The notes beneath the pieces were generated by a model. That model saw only the letters and a program-made list of their open reading frames with translations. It made no database searches and was not told the origin of the DNA. A DNA stretch of 63,105 nt, the filler included, from Sphacelaria rigidula (Eukaryota), in the NCBI GenBank assembly GCA_964200075.2. It is 11 parts of 11 records of this genome, joined end to end, with 100 filler letters (N's around TTAATTAATTAA, not from the genome) between each part and the next. Parts side by side here need not be neighbours in the genome. Positions count along the whole stretch, not along the records: positions 34,478 to 40,123 come from CAXNAA020025597.1; positions 40,224 to 45,869 come from CAXNAA020025598.1; positions 45,970 to 51,615 come from CAXNAA020025599.1; 8 more parts are not named here. One strand, 5' to 3'. Positions 38,745 to 50,428 of this stretch are shown here, in pieces (within the stretch, counting starts at the first letter, position 1; each line of letters starts with the position of its first letter). The translations under genes and the position numbers were made by a program.

Positions 38745-38832
38745 TACCGACGTAATTTTTTTTCATGCCCAATGCATTATCCATATCAAATTTCAGGGTC
38801 CAACTCTAAATATTGGCGGGAGCATGGGCCTT
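38385..38832. repeat. Inverted repeat module inside a non-autonomous DNA element; A-run and gap in the centre probably mis-assembled
   Basis: GGCCCATGCTCCCGCCAAT..AGAGTTGGACC.TGAAATTTG is mirrored at 38741-38832; 38565-38625 is duplicated at 38741-38800 across the N gap. Confidence 0.7.
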
Positions 38833-39325
38833 TAAAAAACCGGCTCGGTAGAAATTCGCAACAGTATTTCGCAGGCCACTCACCGGCCCATGTTTGGTTT
38901 TCGTGTATTGAAACTTTATGTGGGCGCTCTCTAAGGCAGAGTTATCAGAACAAAGTGGGTCAGGTTGATTTTTTTCATTTTTTTCACTGGTTTAGGGCGT
39001 TTTACTATGGTAAAGACCATTTCTTCACGAGAACGCCCTAACCTCTATGAAAAAAAAAAAATGAAGGCCCATTTTTTTTTCCATTCGGCTCTCTTTTGTG
39101 GTTCTCCATGCTAACTTTTAAATCACAATTCCAAGAATTGAGCTAAAACATTGAGATAAGGCCTAACAGCAATGTACATTTCTCCTCAAAACTCCACTAA
39201 AAACACGAAAAAAAATTAAAAAAAATTAAAAAAGGTACGAGCTGGGCCAGCCTAGACACGGAGTTAAGCTCTAAAAGCAATATCTCGTCGACACGGACGA
39301 GTTGGGCCATGATCCGCATATTGTA

Positions 39326-39350
39326 TTAACCCTTTTGGGACCGGACCCCC
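39326..39350 (+). mobile_element. piggyBac-like terminus
   Basis: TTAA|CCCTTTTGGGACCG; no partner end found in this contig. Confidence 0.4.
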
Positions 39351-40232
39351 ACAAACACAGGATTGATCCTGTGTTAGTGGAATAATAAAAAATATGTTTT
39401 CGAGCGTCCAGCTAGGGATTGTTGTTAAGTGTAATGCCACTGCAAAGATCGTGTGGGGGCTATAACCCTGGCCCAGATAAGCCTCCCCAGGTTTCTAAGT
39501 GCAGAGTGGTGGCAGCTTGGTTTTATGATATTACTTGCTCTCAGTATACCGTTCCCGAGTTTTTTCGCAGTGTTTTTTGGGTCCCAATTCTGTACTTAAA
39601 GTAGCAATTTACACAAACACGGGGTGGGCCGGAAAAAACCGGGAAGGAGTGTACATGCCACCATGTAGTCATTTTCACGAGGCACAAAATCCAGGTGGGC
39701 TGTGGAAAGACAAAAGGAGCTACCGTAATGGATCCTGTGTATCCCTCTGCGGATGACTTACAGTGTGCAGTCCACATGTATGTTGTGGACGGGGATGACA
39801 AAGCTGTATATAGGCAGCTGATTTTGGTAGCTGAGAATTGCCCAGAACGTGCAAGGGAGTATGCAGCGGCAGCTGCTGCTTCAGTCGGAGAGGTATACTA
39901 GACTGTACTGTATTATACTGTTGTATGCATGCGCGCCGCAACGCTAATACCGGTGGAAGAGAATTTGCCGCATGCAACAAGGTGGGAAATGGCGGCCCAC
40001 CCCGACCACAAAGGGCTGTGTGGCAAGGTGATGGGGACACAAGTATCATCCAAAGCCATAAGTGGCGGGCGGCCCGCCGGTCGTCGCATCCTGTTGGAAG
40101 CTCTTTGCCACGACTCATAATGCNNNNNNNNNNNNNNNNNNNNNNNNNNNNNNNNNNNNNNNNNNNNTTAATTAATTAANNNNNNNNNNNNNNNNNNNNN
40201 NNNNNNNNNNNNNNNNNNNNNNNGTATCCAGA

Positions 40233-40405
40233 TGCGCTCCCCCCTACCCAGGTGCGCTTCCCCATAGTCAGGGGCGCTTGCCCTTAATCCGGGCCGTTCC
40301 CCCCTAACCAGGGGCGCTTCCCCTTAGTCAGGGGCGCTTGCCCTTAATCCGGACCGCTTGCCCTTAAGCGAAAAGTTGCCCTTAACCGGGCGTTGCCCTT
40401 AACCT
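40233..40405 (+). repeat. ~20-bp degenerate minisatellite (GGGGCGCTT.CCC.TAA.C)
   Basis: About 8 tandem units at the start of contig 8. Confidence 0.8.
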
Positions 40406-40937
40406 GTAACAGGTCCTCTCACGCATTACAGGGGGTATATAGCTGCAAGCATGCTGTTGGTAACAATATATGCACGTTGATGAGGTTTGTTCCATGTATA
40501 CGTTGTTGTTGTTGTTGCAATACAAAGATCACAAATGGATGTGTGTACTGCACGTGGACCGAGGTGTGCGGGGAAACCACGCGTGCGCGGTGCGAATGAG
40601 CGATGCTCCAACGCAAGTATAGGGTCAGTTTTACTCCTGCCCCCGTCCCTCGTCGTACATACGTTCATCAATCAAACTGTCTGGACAAGGGGTGGATTCC
40701 CACTTCATCTTGGCGGCGCAAATGCATCGCACCCAGAAACCCTATCGAACACTCCGCTGCCTACAACACACACCACTGAACAATCGTAAGCGCAATGAGA
40801 GCCGAAGACGATGTAAAGTTCATTCGCTGAACGTCCATCGCTGTAGCGCTCAGCAAAAGAAAAACTCGACATCGAGTCAAAAGCTGGAAGTACACTCGGA
40901 TCGCACCGTTGCCCGTTCAGAGCAGACTGTATTGCGT

Positions 40938-41130
40938 GAGAGGACCGTGTGCTTACAGGACCGCATCGGAATTTGAACATCCCCATGGTTAGGGTTAGGG
41001 TTAGGGTTATTGTTGGCGTTATGGTGAGGGGCGTGGTACCTGGAGAGGGACTGGCCCGATTGGTTTTGAAAAACATCGACCCTGGGGTATTTTGAACTAC
41101 GGCGCGGTCCTCCAAGCACGCGGTCCTCTT
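40938..41130. mobile_element. MITE with an internal (TTAGGG)3 tract
   Basis: TIR AGAGGACCG.GTGCTT..AGGACCGC and its complement GCGGTCCT..AAGCAC.CGGTCCTCT; GGTTAGGGTTAGGGTTAGGGTTA at 40987-41009. Confidence 0.75.
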
Positions 41131-41256
41131 ACCCATTACACAGACAACCAACGACGTGTACTGAGTGTACTGAAAGTAGAGCTCCCTGTGGACCCTGGCA
41201 TTTGTTTGAAGGATTCTACGACGGCAAAAGGATGGAAGCAAACCCACTCACATCAC

Positions 41257-41342
41257 TCAGTGCTTGCCCTTCTTGTCCTTGGAGTCCTTGGCGTCCTTGG
41301 AGTCCTTGTAGTCATCCTTCGAATCCTTGTAGTAGTCATAAT
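41257..41342 (-). CDS. Terminal exon encoding a K/D/Y-rich tail
   Basis: GATCCAG| acceptor, phase 1; encodes (D)YDYYKDSKDDYKDSKDAKDSKDKKGKH* with C/G-rich third positions. Confidence 0.7.
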
Positions 41343-41479
41343 CTGGATCGGACGAGACGACAGCACAAGGATGTTGCCAACTACAATATTGATTGCTGGG
41401 CAATCAATGTTGATCGCTGGGCAATAAATGTTGATCGCTGGGTAATAAATGTTGATATTGATACACAAACCTCCCGATA

Positions 41480-41923
41480 ACAGCCGGTCATTGAAGTTGA
41501 GGATAGAGCTTTCCATTGAGGGTGCGAACTCGGAGGATTAGAATATTCGTATCCATACCAGATGTTTGGAACATGTTTTCAATATTTCACCTACTGTCAG
41601 CTATTGACAAGTATTACATATCATACACAGGTTGTAATTTCGATAACCGAAACGTTGGGATGCTGTGTGATCACCCAATTTCGGGGAATTCCGGCGATCC
41701 GATCGTATCGCCTTAATTCCCCAATATTGTTTCTTCATCTACGACCCCAGCATTTCGGTCATCTCAATCCAAATTTGAAGGACATGTCGCAGTTGTCAAT
41801 AGCTGTCAGTAGGGGAAAGAACGGAGCCATATTTCGAAGATTGGGTGTGGATACGAAGATTCCCTCCTCCGAGTTTTCATCCTCGATGGAAAGCCCCGTC
41901 CTCTATTTCGATGATCGACTGTT
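41480..41923. mobile_element. MITE with long TIRs, older copy of the family at 49121
   Basis: 41480-41575 is inverted relative to 41827-41923; terminus TA|ACAGCCG. Confidence 0.75.
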
Positions 41924-41939
41924 CGATGATCGGCAGATT

Positions 41940-43340
41940 CTGTGATAACGTCGCGTAATGTCCGGTGGCAACACGTGTCTGAGACCCACAGCACCCGAGG
42001 TACGCCGTATGGTCCCATAAACCTTCGCCGCACCATGTTCAGTACCATGCCCCTGGTGTCTGACATTGAAGAAGTATTGTTGTGGGTAATGGCATTCACC
42101 CTGCAACCTGCTGTGCTCGTACAATTTGTCTACATGCACCAGCCGATGCGCCCTGGTGGTCTAGCTAGTACGTCGTATAACGGGTGAAGGTGAAGTAGGA
42201 CGTTCAATGACCAGCGGATGAAACTATTCCGCGATGACTTTCGCAAAAACATCATATTTCCGTCATGAACATCATGAGAACATCAGCAGCATCTTCGACG
42301 AAAATCGATGCGGTGCGGCAGTGCCGATCCAATCCGTGGTACCGGAATGTCAGGTATTCGCCCGAGGATAGCAGGGTAGCTTCTCGAGACTGCGGACGGA
42401 CCCTTTCTGAGAAAGGGTTGTTCAACGTATGACGAACACGGAAGAGCCGCCCAAAGTGCCGCTGATGTGTACATCCTCGGGCATGTGACTTGTCACGTTT
42501 CCGCTGATGTACCGAAACGACGAATAAATGGCGCAAAAAACATCCACGGCGTGCTCCGTTTGGTTCTTCTTGGAATGTCGTACGCAAATCAAATGTCGTG
42601 TCCGTCTCGTTGATTGTGTCGGTTTTCTTCCAAACCAAGAGGTCAATAATCCCAGGCTGCAAACGAGCACAATTGACTAGACTGGTACAATGAGATACAT
42701 GAGTCGAAGGCAAACCCTGACATCCATGGTGCGGGTACTGTTCCAGCACATCTTGATGAAGGCCTTCGGTGTCCCTCAACCCGAAACACCACGTGCCAGA
42801 GGTAATCACGTGCCGGCATTTGGAGATTTGGATATCAAATGGCAACCTGACCGAAACACCCGTTACTTCACTAGTGGCGGGAGAGGTACAGCGAGGCGAA
42901 TACTACATCATTTATTTGACGCTCTCTTGTGAAATCATTGTCCATGAAAGTTTATACACGTTGAGCGCACATCCAGTTATGATAGTACGACAATGTTCTT
43001 GCAGGGTCTGTACCCGTCGACGGCCCCGCAAAACGTTGTGATACTTGCCTCGAGTTAGCCTTCAGGACCACGTTGTTGGAAACAAGGGATCGGCGAAGCA
43101 TAGGAGCATGATGGGAAATCGTCAACATTCAGAAATTCATGAATGTAGAATCTGTTCAAAACCTGGGTCGCTTGCGGCTCTCAGAGACGATCATGGTGGA
43201 TTATTAGCGATCGCCCCCTGTAGTGTCACTTGGACTCTACTCGGCAGCGACGAAATATTGGGAATGGTGATTGGAACGACTTCCCTCGAGTTAGTTGTAT
43301 GTAGCAGCATCTTCGCTGATACACATTCACGACTATAACC
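41940..43340 (-). pseudogene. Possible decayed MULE-related (DUF6729-associated type) transposase
   Basis: GCRVNAITHNNTSSMSD..MV..MVRRRF.GPYGVPRVLWVSDTCC resembles the P..L.VD..CC motif; upstream DVLEQYP; multiple frameshifts. Confidence 0.3.
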
Positions 43341-43991
43341 TGCCGCACGTAGTAAAGACTCCTTTGCTTTGCAAGCTATTAAGGGTCAATCTACGACAGG
43401 GGGGGGGGGAGGGGGTATTTGATTGTACGAAAAACGAGGCTCATATGTACATGCCACACTCACGATGCGATTGTTTTTGGTTCAAAACGATGTCAATCGG
43501 TATAGACGGGCGTTATGTATATCTATAACAAGCTCGTCTGAGCAACCATTGCTGCATTCAAGGACGGTTTGACTTGGAATTTCGTGCAAGTGGCCCAACA
43601 TACCCCCCTCTCTCCTATCATGGGGCGACTCTGAAGCCCGCTCGGGAAGGTCGACCGTGCCTCAGGGGGATTTCGTCCCGCGCGCGATAGTTGGGTTACT
43701 ATCCATGGTTCTCGTTGAACGGGGTTCTCATACTTGGTTGTGAAAATTCCACCCGACGCACCGGCAGGACGAAGCAGTACGCCCCGGCGACGACGAAAAT
43801 CGCGTTTGTTTCGACATGGTTACCATACTACTACAAAAGACCTGATCGCAGCTGTGAAACATGTCTCCCGGAGAGGGCGCAGTTACCATCATGGTGGGGG
43901 TTGGGAGGTCGCCAATCTTTCGGCTGTATCCTTTTCTCTCAAGGCGGAATGTACCGTGCGTGATGCAATTGAAAACCAATATTTCGCTCAC

Positions 43992-44081
43992 CCTTCTTCT
44001 CACAACAATCGTCGTGGCTGCACTACCTGTAGCAGTCCTTCTTGCTCCAGCCGTCGTCGCACTTGTAGTCATTGCACTTGT
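43992..44081 (-). CDS. Symmetric (phase 1-1) 90-nt Cys-rich exon with an in-frame TAG; splices in frame to 41257-41342
   Basis: AAAACAG| acceptor, |GTGAGC donor; encodes (D)KCNDYKCDDGWSKKDCYR*CSHDDCCEKK, with TAG at 44025-44023. Confidence 0.62.
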
Positions 44082-47000
44082 CTGTTTTATTATGGGAGTG
44101 AAAATACATGGGACAATACATATGATACATGGGACAAAACAAATGACACCGGAGTTACAGGTTCTGTATTAGCAAGACAGCAAGGGCCCCATCTTCACGA
44201 CAAAACATGAGAAGCGAAAAGTTGAGCAAGCGTCCAGAAGAAGCACATTCGTAGGTCGCCACAACCATGAGTCCGTCGCCCACGTTGCAGCGACGAACCG
44301 AAATGCTGCTTTCAGACGCTTGCGGTACTCTTCTCTGCGTTTTTAGTTGTCTCGTTGACATACTAAAATATGGGCACATGCTAGTCGATTGGTTTATACA
44401 CTGTTGTAGTGTTGTCGTCCCATCTATTCTGGACGCCGGACTACACCTTTCGGTATATGTGGGCGCACCAGCCGGGGTCACACAGGAGGAGGGTCAACAC
44501 AGGAGTTTTATATTTTTTGTTCGTTTTTAGTACTTCACCTTCCGTCGGCGGTGCTCTTTTTTATCGCGAGAAGAGTAGAGCAGTCCCTTTCCCTCGTCGA
44601 TCGTCAAGTCAAATTTAGGTACCTTTACTTATGGGACGGAGGAAGTAGTCGCTCTCCACTGTTGAGCATGGTGTGAGTAAAAATCCCACATCGCTCCGCG
44701 ATTCAAACCCACGAACTAACCGTCAGAAGATTCCGAGGTTACCGACTGAGCCACAGGGGCGTAGTATCCAACGATTACTATACACTGCAATATACCAGAT
44801 GCTATGGCACACATGATGAGTTGACGCGCCGAGAGACCAGTGGCGGCCGCTGAGTCGTGTGCACAGAAGAGGGCAGGACGGGAAAATTCTAGTCAGCTTG
44901 AAGGCATCCTACGATAGGGGGAAGGGGGGGGTTATTTGATTGCACGAAAAATACGCTAATATGTGTGTCAGACGACCGGCCACACTCGCGATGGGCTTGT
45001 CCCGGTTGACACCAGTGTCAGTCGTTATGAAAATGGGGTACAATCTGCTGCGATGAACCCTCAGACCGCGGTGCGGGTGCTTCATCTGGATGACGCATGC
45101 TTTTTAAAATAAATTTTGATGCCGATTCAGCAGGTGATCTACCCTCGCGGTCAAAGGATGAAAAAGGTATAACAGTCGTCGAATATACGTATTCGAAATT
45201 AGCGGTAAAACCAGTCACGGTTCGCGGTTATAACAAAGGTCGCAGTGGTATCCGAAAATGTGGGATATTCATCGCATAATAATGAATACCTCATGTACTG
45301 TATAGCTCGTAATCAGGAAGTCAGCATAACATCATTGTCGGAATAAATAAGAATTGAATGTGGAGAGCCTAAGGTATCAACAGTTTGGATGAACCGTTTC
45401 ATAGTATCCAAGAGAGGTTGACAAAACCCTACTCACCTCGAGTAAGCCTCCCAGCTTGTCATCAGTTTTTTACAAAGTACAGACCGATTGAGTTTGATAT
45501 GAATTCGGCCGAGTGAAGTGCGAAGTTGAAACTGTCTTCCTTTTATTGCACAAGCAAGTGTTCCCCCAACACTGCGTAGCCTCTGTGACTTCTGCCAGAG
45601 ATGGGTTCACCAGTTGAACCATTTGTCTCTGTCACGTTGACAGTCGAACACTGTGTGTTTTGTACACAAGCCACGGTAGCCACATATACCCCAACAGTCA
45701 AGCGGGCGGTGTTCAAATATACAGCCGACTACTGCAGCTATCGCAGTTCCAATCCATATGTTTGAAAAGGGATGCATATCAGCAAAACAGAGGAAACCCC
45801 AGAAACAGCCGTAACTCACAGGAGCCCGATTTCTCGTAGTGATCGACGTCCCTGAGGCTGCCGGCCAAGNNNNNNNNNNNNNNNNNNNNNNNNNNNNNNN
45901 NNNNNNNNNNNNNTTAATTAATTAANNNNNNNNNNNNNNNNNNNNNNNNNNNNNNNNNNNNNNNNNNNNATTTTCTGGTATCGCTACTTCCAGAGACAGC
46001 CACGGCTTATACACTGCCTCATGGGTGCGTCACCAGAGATGGGGAGGGGGGGGCTACTCATGGTATTGCATGCCGTAGTCATATGACAACAGACCTCGCA
46101 CCCCTACAAAGCTGGGATGGAGCACACCAGTTTTTGATGGACTAGGGTCGTGATCAATCACCGAGCGCGAAGCGCCGTCATGTGTTCGGGAAGTCGCATG
46201 AAGGGTGAGCTTCATCCTGCTAAGATTCGTTTGGCTCGAAGTGCTTGCTGCAAGTATCTTGCATATTAATGGCAGCCTACAATGACGTGCTTTATTTATG
46301 ATATTACCACTTCCAGAGCCTGCCACGGATCACACTGCTTCGCGGGTGTCTCACCATCGGGGGGCGTGCTCATTTATTGCTTGCCTAAGTGGTTTGACCA
46401 TTGACCACGCATCCCTTTCAAGACGGAGCACTTAGGGTTACCCTGTCACCATGGGGGGGGCGGGAAGGGGGTGATTGTCTTGGAATTCATGTGGCTACTG
46501 TTAGATTCTGTGGTAGATTGTTGGGGGTACTCAAGCAGAGCTGGCTGAGTAGCTCAGCACTTAACCAATATATAACAAAAGTCAAGTGTGGTGAGTAACA
46601 GCTACCATTGCCTGAAATATGCAGGGATAAGTTTAAAAATATTCTTCAGACAGGGGTTCGCTCAACCTATGTCAAGTGACAAGCGAACTAGGCTCCTCTG
46701 TATCGGATACATTATAAACTCCGAAGAGAGTGCACAGGAACTGTCAGGTTAATATCGCTGTGCGATGAAAGACAGAAAATCGATGGCTTTTACTGGCGCT
46801 TCACTTGGCCCACACACGATACAAATACCCAGTCTCTTCTCAATACAGAGAACTGATCACAAGCTGATAAGCCTGTTGAAGTGGGTAGCTTTGAAGAGTA
46901 ACAACAACGGGCTACCTACATATCTCAACAAGGCTCTTGGATACTTTATAACCGTTCATCCAAACCGTTGATACCTTTGACCCTTCATACCAACAAACTC

Positions 47001-49120
47001 TTCGACATTCTGACATTTTCATCGTGACTTTCTGTATACAACCCTTATTATTACTTGAGCTATTCATTATTCACGACGGATGTTCCACCTCTTCGGTAAC
47101 TACTGCGATCTTCGCTACTTCGTTAGTTCTCAGCCCAACCGCTACTAGTTCTTTTTCAATTCCCAACAGATTCCACGACAAAAGGGTTCACAGGTGTGTC
47201 AGGCGACCTAACACACTCATGGTGCGCTTGTATATCGGTGAAAACGGTGTCGAACACCATGAATGAGCGTCATGTATCGGTAACAAGCGCGTTCGATCAA
47301 CCGGACGGTTGTTGCCCGGTCCCTATATGAAAACGGACCAGCCAGGATGCACACAGGAACATGTGGGGCGCTACTGCGCTGTTCACGCTCAAGGTACTTT
47401 CCATGAAACTTTGACCCTAAATTTTCCCCCTGAATATTTTTGCTGCGTTCAACGACGATTTCAAGTAGAATATCATGGAGGAGACGTAAGAATCCCCCTT
47501 CCCCCCACTCGTAGCACATGAGTCGAAAGCGATGATACATCGATTGCAGTTGCGGATTGAGATGGAGCAGGTTACATGTCTGAATGTCGGCTCGGAAATG
47601 AAATCGCGGCACAGCCCGTGACAGTCAAACACGAATTCTCGAGTTTTCTGTCCATTCGTTATGTATCTTTCAATTGAAAAGATAATTTACTTTTACTACT
47701 TGCTAGGAGGGTCGTTATTAGAGATGTCTTGAACTCGAGGTTCCCGATATACTTATCCGTAAACTATGGAGAAATTTTACCGGGAGTCTCGAGTGTAAGA
47801 TACCTCGAGGTTAATTCACCACCTGGCAGGCATGGGACCTTCTCGGAAGTTTATGGTTTCGAATAACTCTAACTCTAACCGTTACCGTAGCCCTCACCCT
47901 GACGAAGGCGTGCCGAGAACTGTCGGGCAAGGGGAGTGCTAAGTGCTCCCTAGGCAAAGTGTGCATTTCGAGGACGATGCGAATTTCTGTGTGTCCACAC
48001 TAAAACCAAGTCGGAAAGTTCCATGCGTACCACAGTAAACGATAAACTCTACTGGAGATACCTCGATTAACGAGCCTTTTTTGTACTTTTTGGTCGACTT
48101 TTTCGGAAATCATGCGGCTGTAAAAAATACACTACTGGTCTAAAAACCCAACGTCAGATTTTCCGAGAAATATGCAGAAGTCAGTCAACAACATGATTTT
48201 CGAAAATGGGGGTTTTGAACACACGTTGTTATATAAAACGAGGTTCAACTCCAAAATTGTGCTCTCCTTGACCTAAAGTCATGACAAATGACTATCATAT
48301 GGAAGGCCTCATGCTCCCCCCGACCTGAAACCATTTTTGGGGGTTCCCTGTCCTCCGTTTACGCAAAGGGTATTGTATGTCCGAAAACACCATTTTCGGG
48401 CAAAAAGCGTTCCTCTTTTCACCTCAAAGTCGAGCCAATAACAAGGTACTTTCGCACGTACACTTCGGAGGAACGAAAGACGGGAAAACCCCCAAAGGTT
48501 GTGTCCGAGAGGTGGGTCGGCGGGGTATGGAACCGTCCATCAATATGGAAAGTGTTTTGTCGTGACTTTAGGTCAGTAGGGCAAGCACGGCGTTGGGGTT
48601 GAACTTCGTTTCAATATCTTCAACCTCGTTTTTGCGAAGAAAATCCCTCAACTGCTGTATGCCATGCTGGTTGAGGAGTCTGTTTTCACATTAAAAACCG
48701 GGAGAAAGTATTTTCCCCGAAAAAGTGGGCATAGCCTGGAGAAAAACAGCACTGGTACTGACGACCCTATAAGCGGAACTTTGGAAGAGATATAGCGTGC
48801 CGTCCGTTATCGTGATGTCCTGCAGCCTGCCGACATCGCGTACCTCCTCAACATTATGCACCCTATATAGTGTATGTATATCTAGCACACCGCAAAATTT
48901 TCGACACCGCGCGGTAAAATGATAACTGGCAAATATGCCCAAGACCCGCCAGTAACCCTGGTCTTTCCCGGCACGTTGGGCACTTCGGAGGTGTTTGAAT
49001 TTCGGAGCATTTTGTCCGGAATCACCTTCAAGGGTTTTTCCTGTAACCTTTTTATCGTTCAATATTTTGCAAAATGTCCCCGATGTTTCATATTACCGGA
49101 GCGCCTCTCCCCTGCGCATA

Positions 49121-49576
49121 ATAGCCGATCGTCATTATTTTGAGGATGGAGCTTTTCATGGAGGATGATACCTCGTGAACAAAAAATCGTCGCATCCACA
49201 CCAATTCCTCAAGATATTATTACATTCCTTCATCTGCTGGTAGCTATTGACAACTACCACACGCCATTAAAAAATCAAGTCCGATGACCGAAATTTGGGG
49301 GTTCTGGGTGAAAAAGAAAATGTTGGGAATCTAAGTGTGATTCGGCCGGATCGTCCAATAATTTCCAATAATGCTTGTTTTTTCACTTACTTGGGACCCC
49401 AAATTTCGGTCATCGGAAACCAAATTTGTATGACGTGTAGTAGTTGTCAATATAGCTACCAGCAGATGAAGGATTGGAATCATATCTCGAGGAATTGGTG
49501 TGGATGCGAAGATTTTCAGTTTCTGGGTTCTCGCCCTCAATGAAAAGCTCCATGCTCAAAATGGATGATCGGCTGT
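49121..49576. mobile_element. TA-flanked MITE with ~150-bp TIRs
   Basis: TA|ATAGCCGATC..GAGCTTTTCAT..GCATCCACACCAATTCCTC..CTTCATCTGCTGGTAGCTAT is mirrored at the right end GATCGGCTGT|TA. Confidence 0.85.
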
Positions 49577-50077
49577 TACATGTGTGTTTGTATGCTCTCC
49601 AACAAAATCTTACTCAGAGAGTTTTCCCCTCCATGAGTACATGCGTGCGCTTTTTTGGTGTTTGTGCGCACATATATATATATATATGTTTTGGGTTCTA
49701 TGAGTGTACCGGCGGAGAATCCTGAAGACAGTCAATAGTACTGTCAGTATACATAAAACTTACTGTGCAACAGTAGATCACGATTATGTTATATGCAGTA
49801 GTACAGTATACTGTATACTTCATTCATCTCTTGCCATACCACCATGAGCACACAGCACGCGCCCTCCGGCGGCACTCTCGTCTTTGAAAAAAAAGTGATC
49901 GCATGCTCCAATGGAAAACATCGATCGCGATGTCCAAGGACAAGACGAAGAGAAATCCACGAACCACGACCCAAAAACTCAAACTTCCGCAAGCAACGGT
50001 CGTTCTGCAGCGACTGAATATAAAGTGTATACAACATATCCTGAACCGAATTGTCACCACCACATAGTGTCGTTCAC

Positions 50078-50428
50078 CTCAGTCTCGCTGAGCGCCCGCC
50101 GTGACACCACGGACAAAGTGGTGCTGCGGCGGCGGCATTTGGTTCCTTGCGGCTGCTGCGTATCCATGTGTAGCAAACTTGAAAATATCCCCGCACGAAG
50201 AACAGCGTTATTTCCCAGGTCAGGAGTAGGAGCGAACCAGTGGCAGCCAGATGTGCGTGCAGCGGCGGTGGGTACCACTTTGGGGGCTGCGATGAAGCCG
50301 CGCACTGGAGTCGTCGCTGAGAAGAGCGCAATAATGACTCCTCCCACTATAATCGTCAACGTGGCGATGTGGCGGCTGGGGCTGCAAGTTGTGGTGCGGA
50401 CCATTCCCGCGAGCGGTCCGTTAAGCAT
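50078..50428 (-). CDS. First exon of a second plastid-targeted protein gene (start may be 50404)
   Basis: Hydrophobic IATLTIIVGGVIIALFSA, then VRG-FIAAP (ASAFAP-like) and an R/S/T-rich transit peptide; GAG|GTGAAC donor. Confidence 0.75.

Noticed and set aside
40987..41009. True chromosome end
   Set aside because: Only about 3 TTAGGG units, internal to a TIR-bounded MITE
41285..41340. FLAG-tag or vector contamination (DYKD)
   Set aside because: DYKDSK is not DYKDDDDK, and it is part of a natural K/D/Y-rich exon with a splice acceptor
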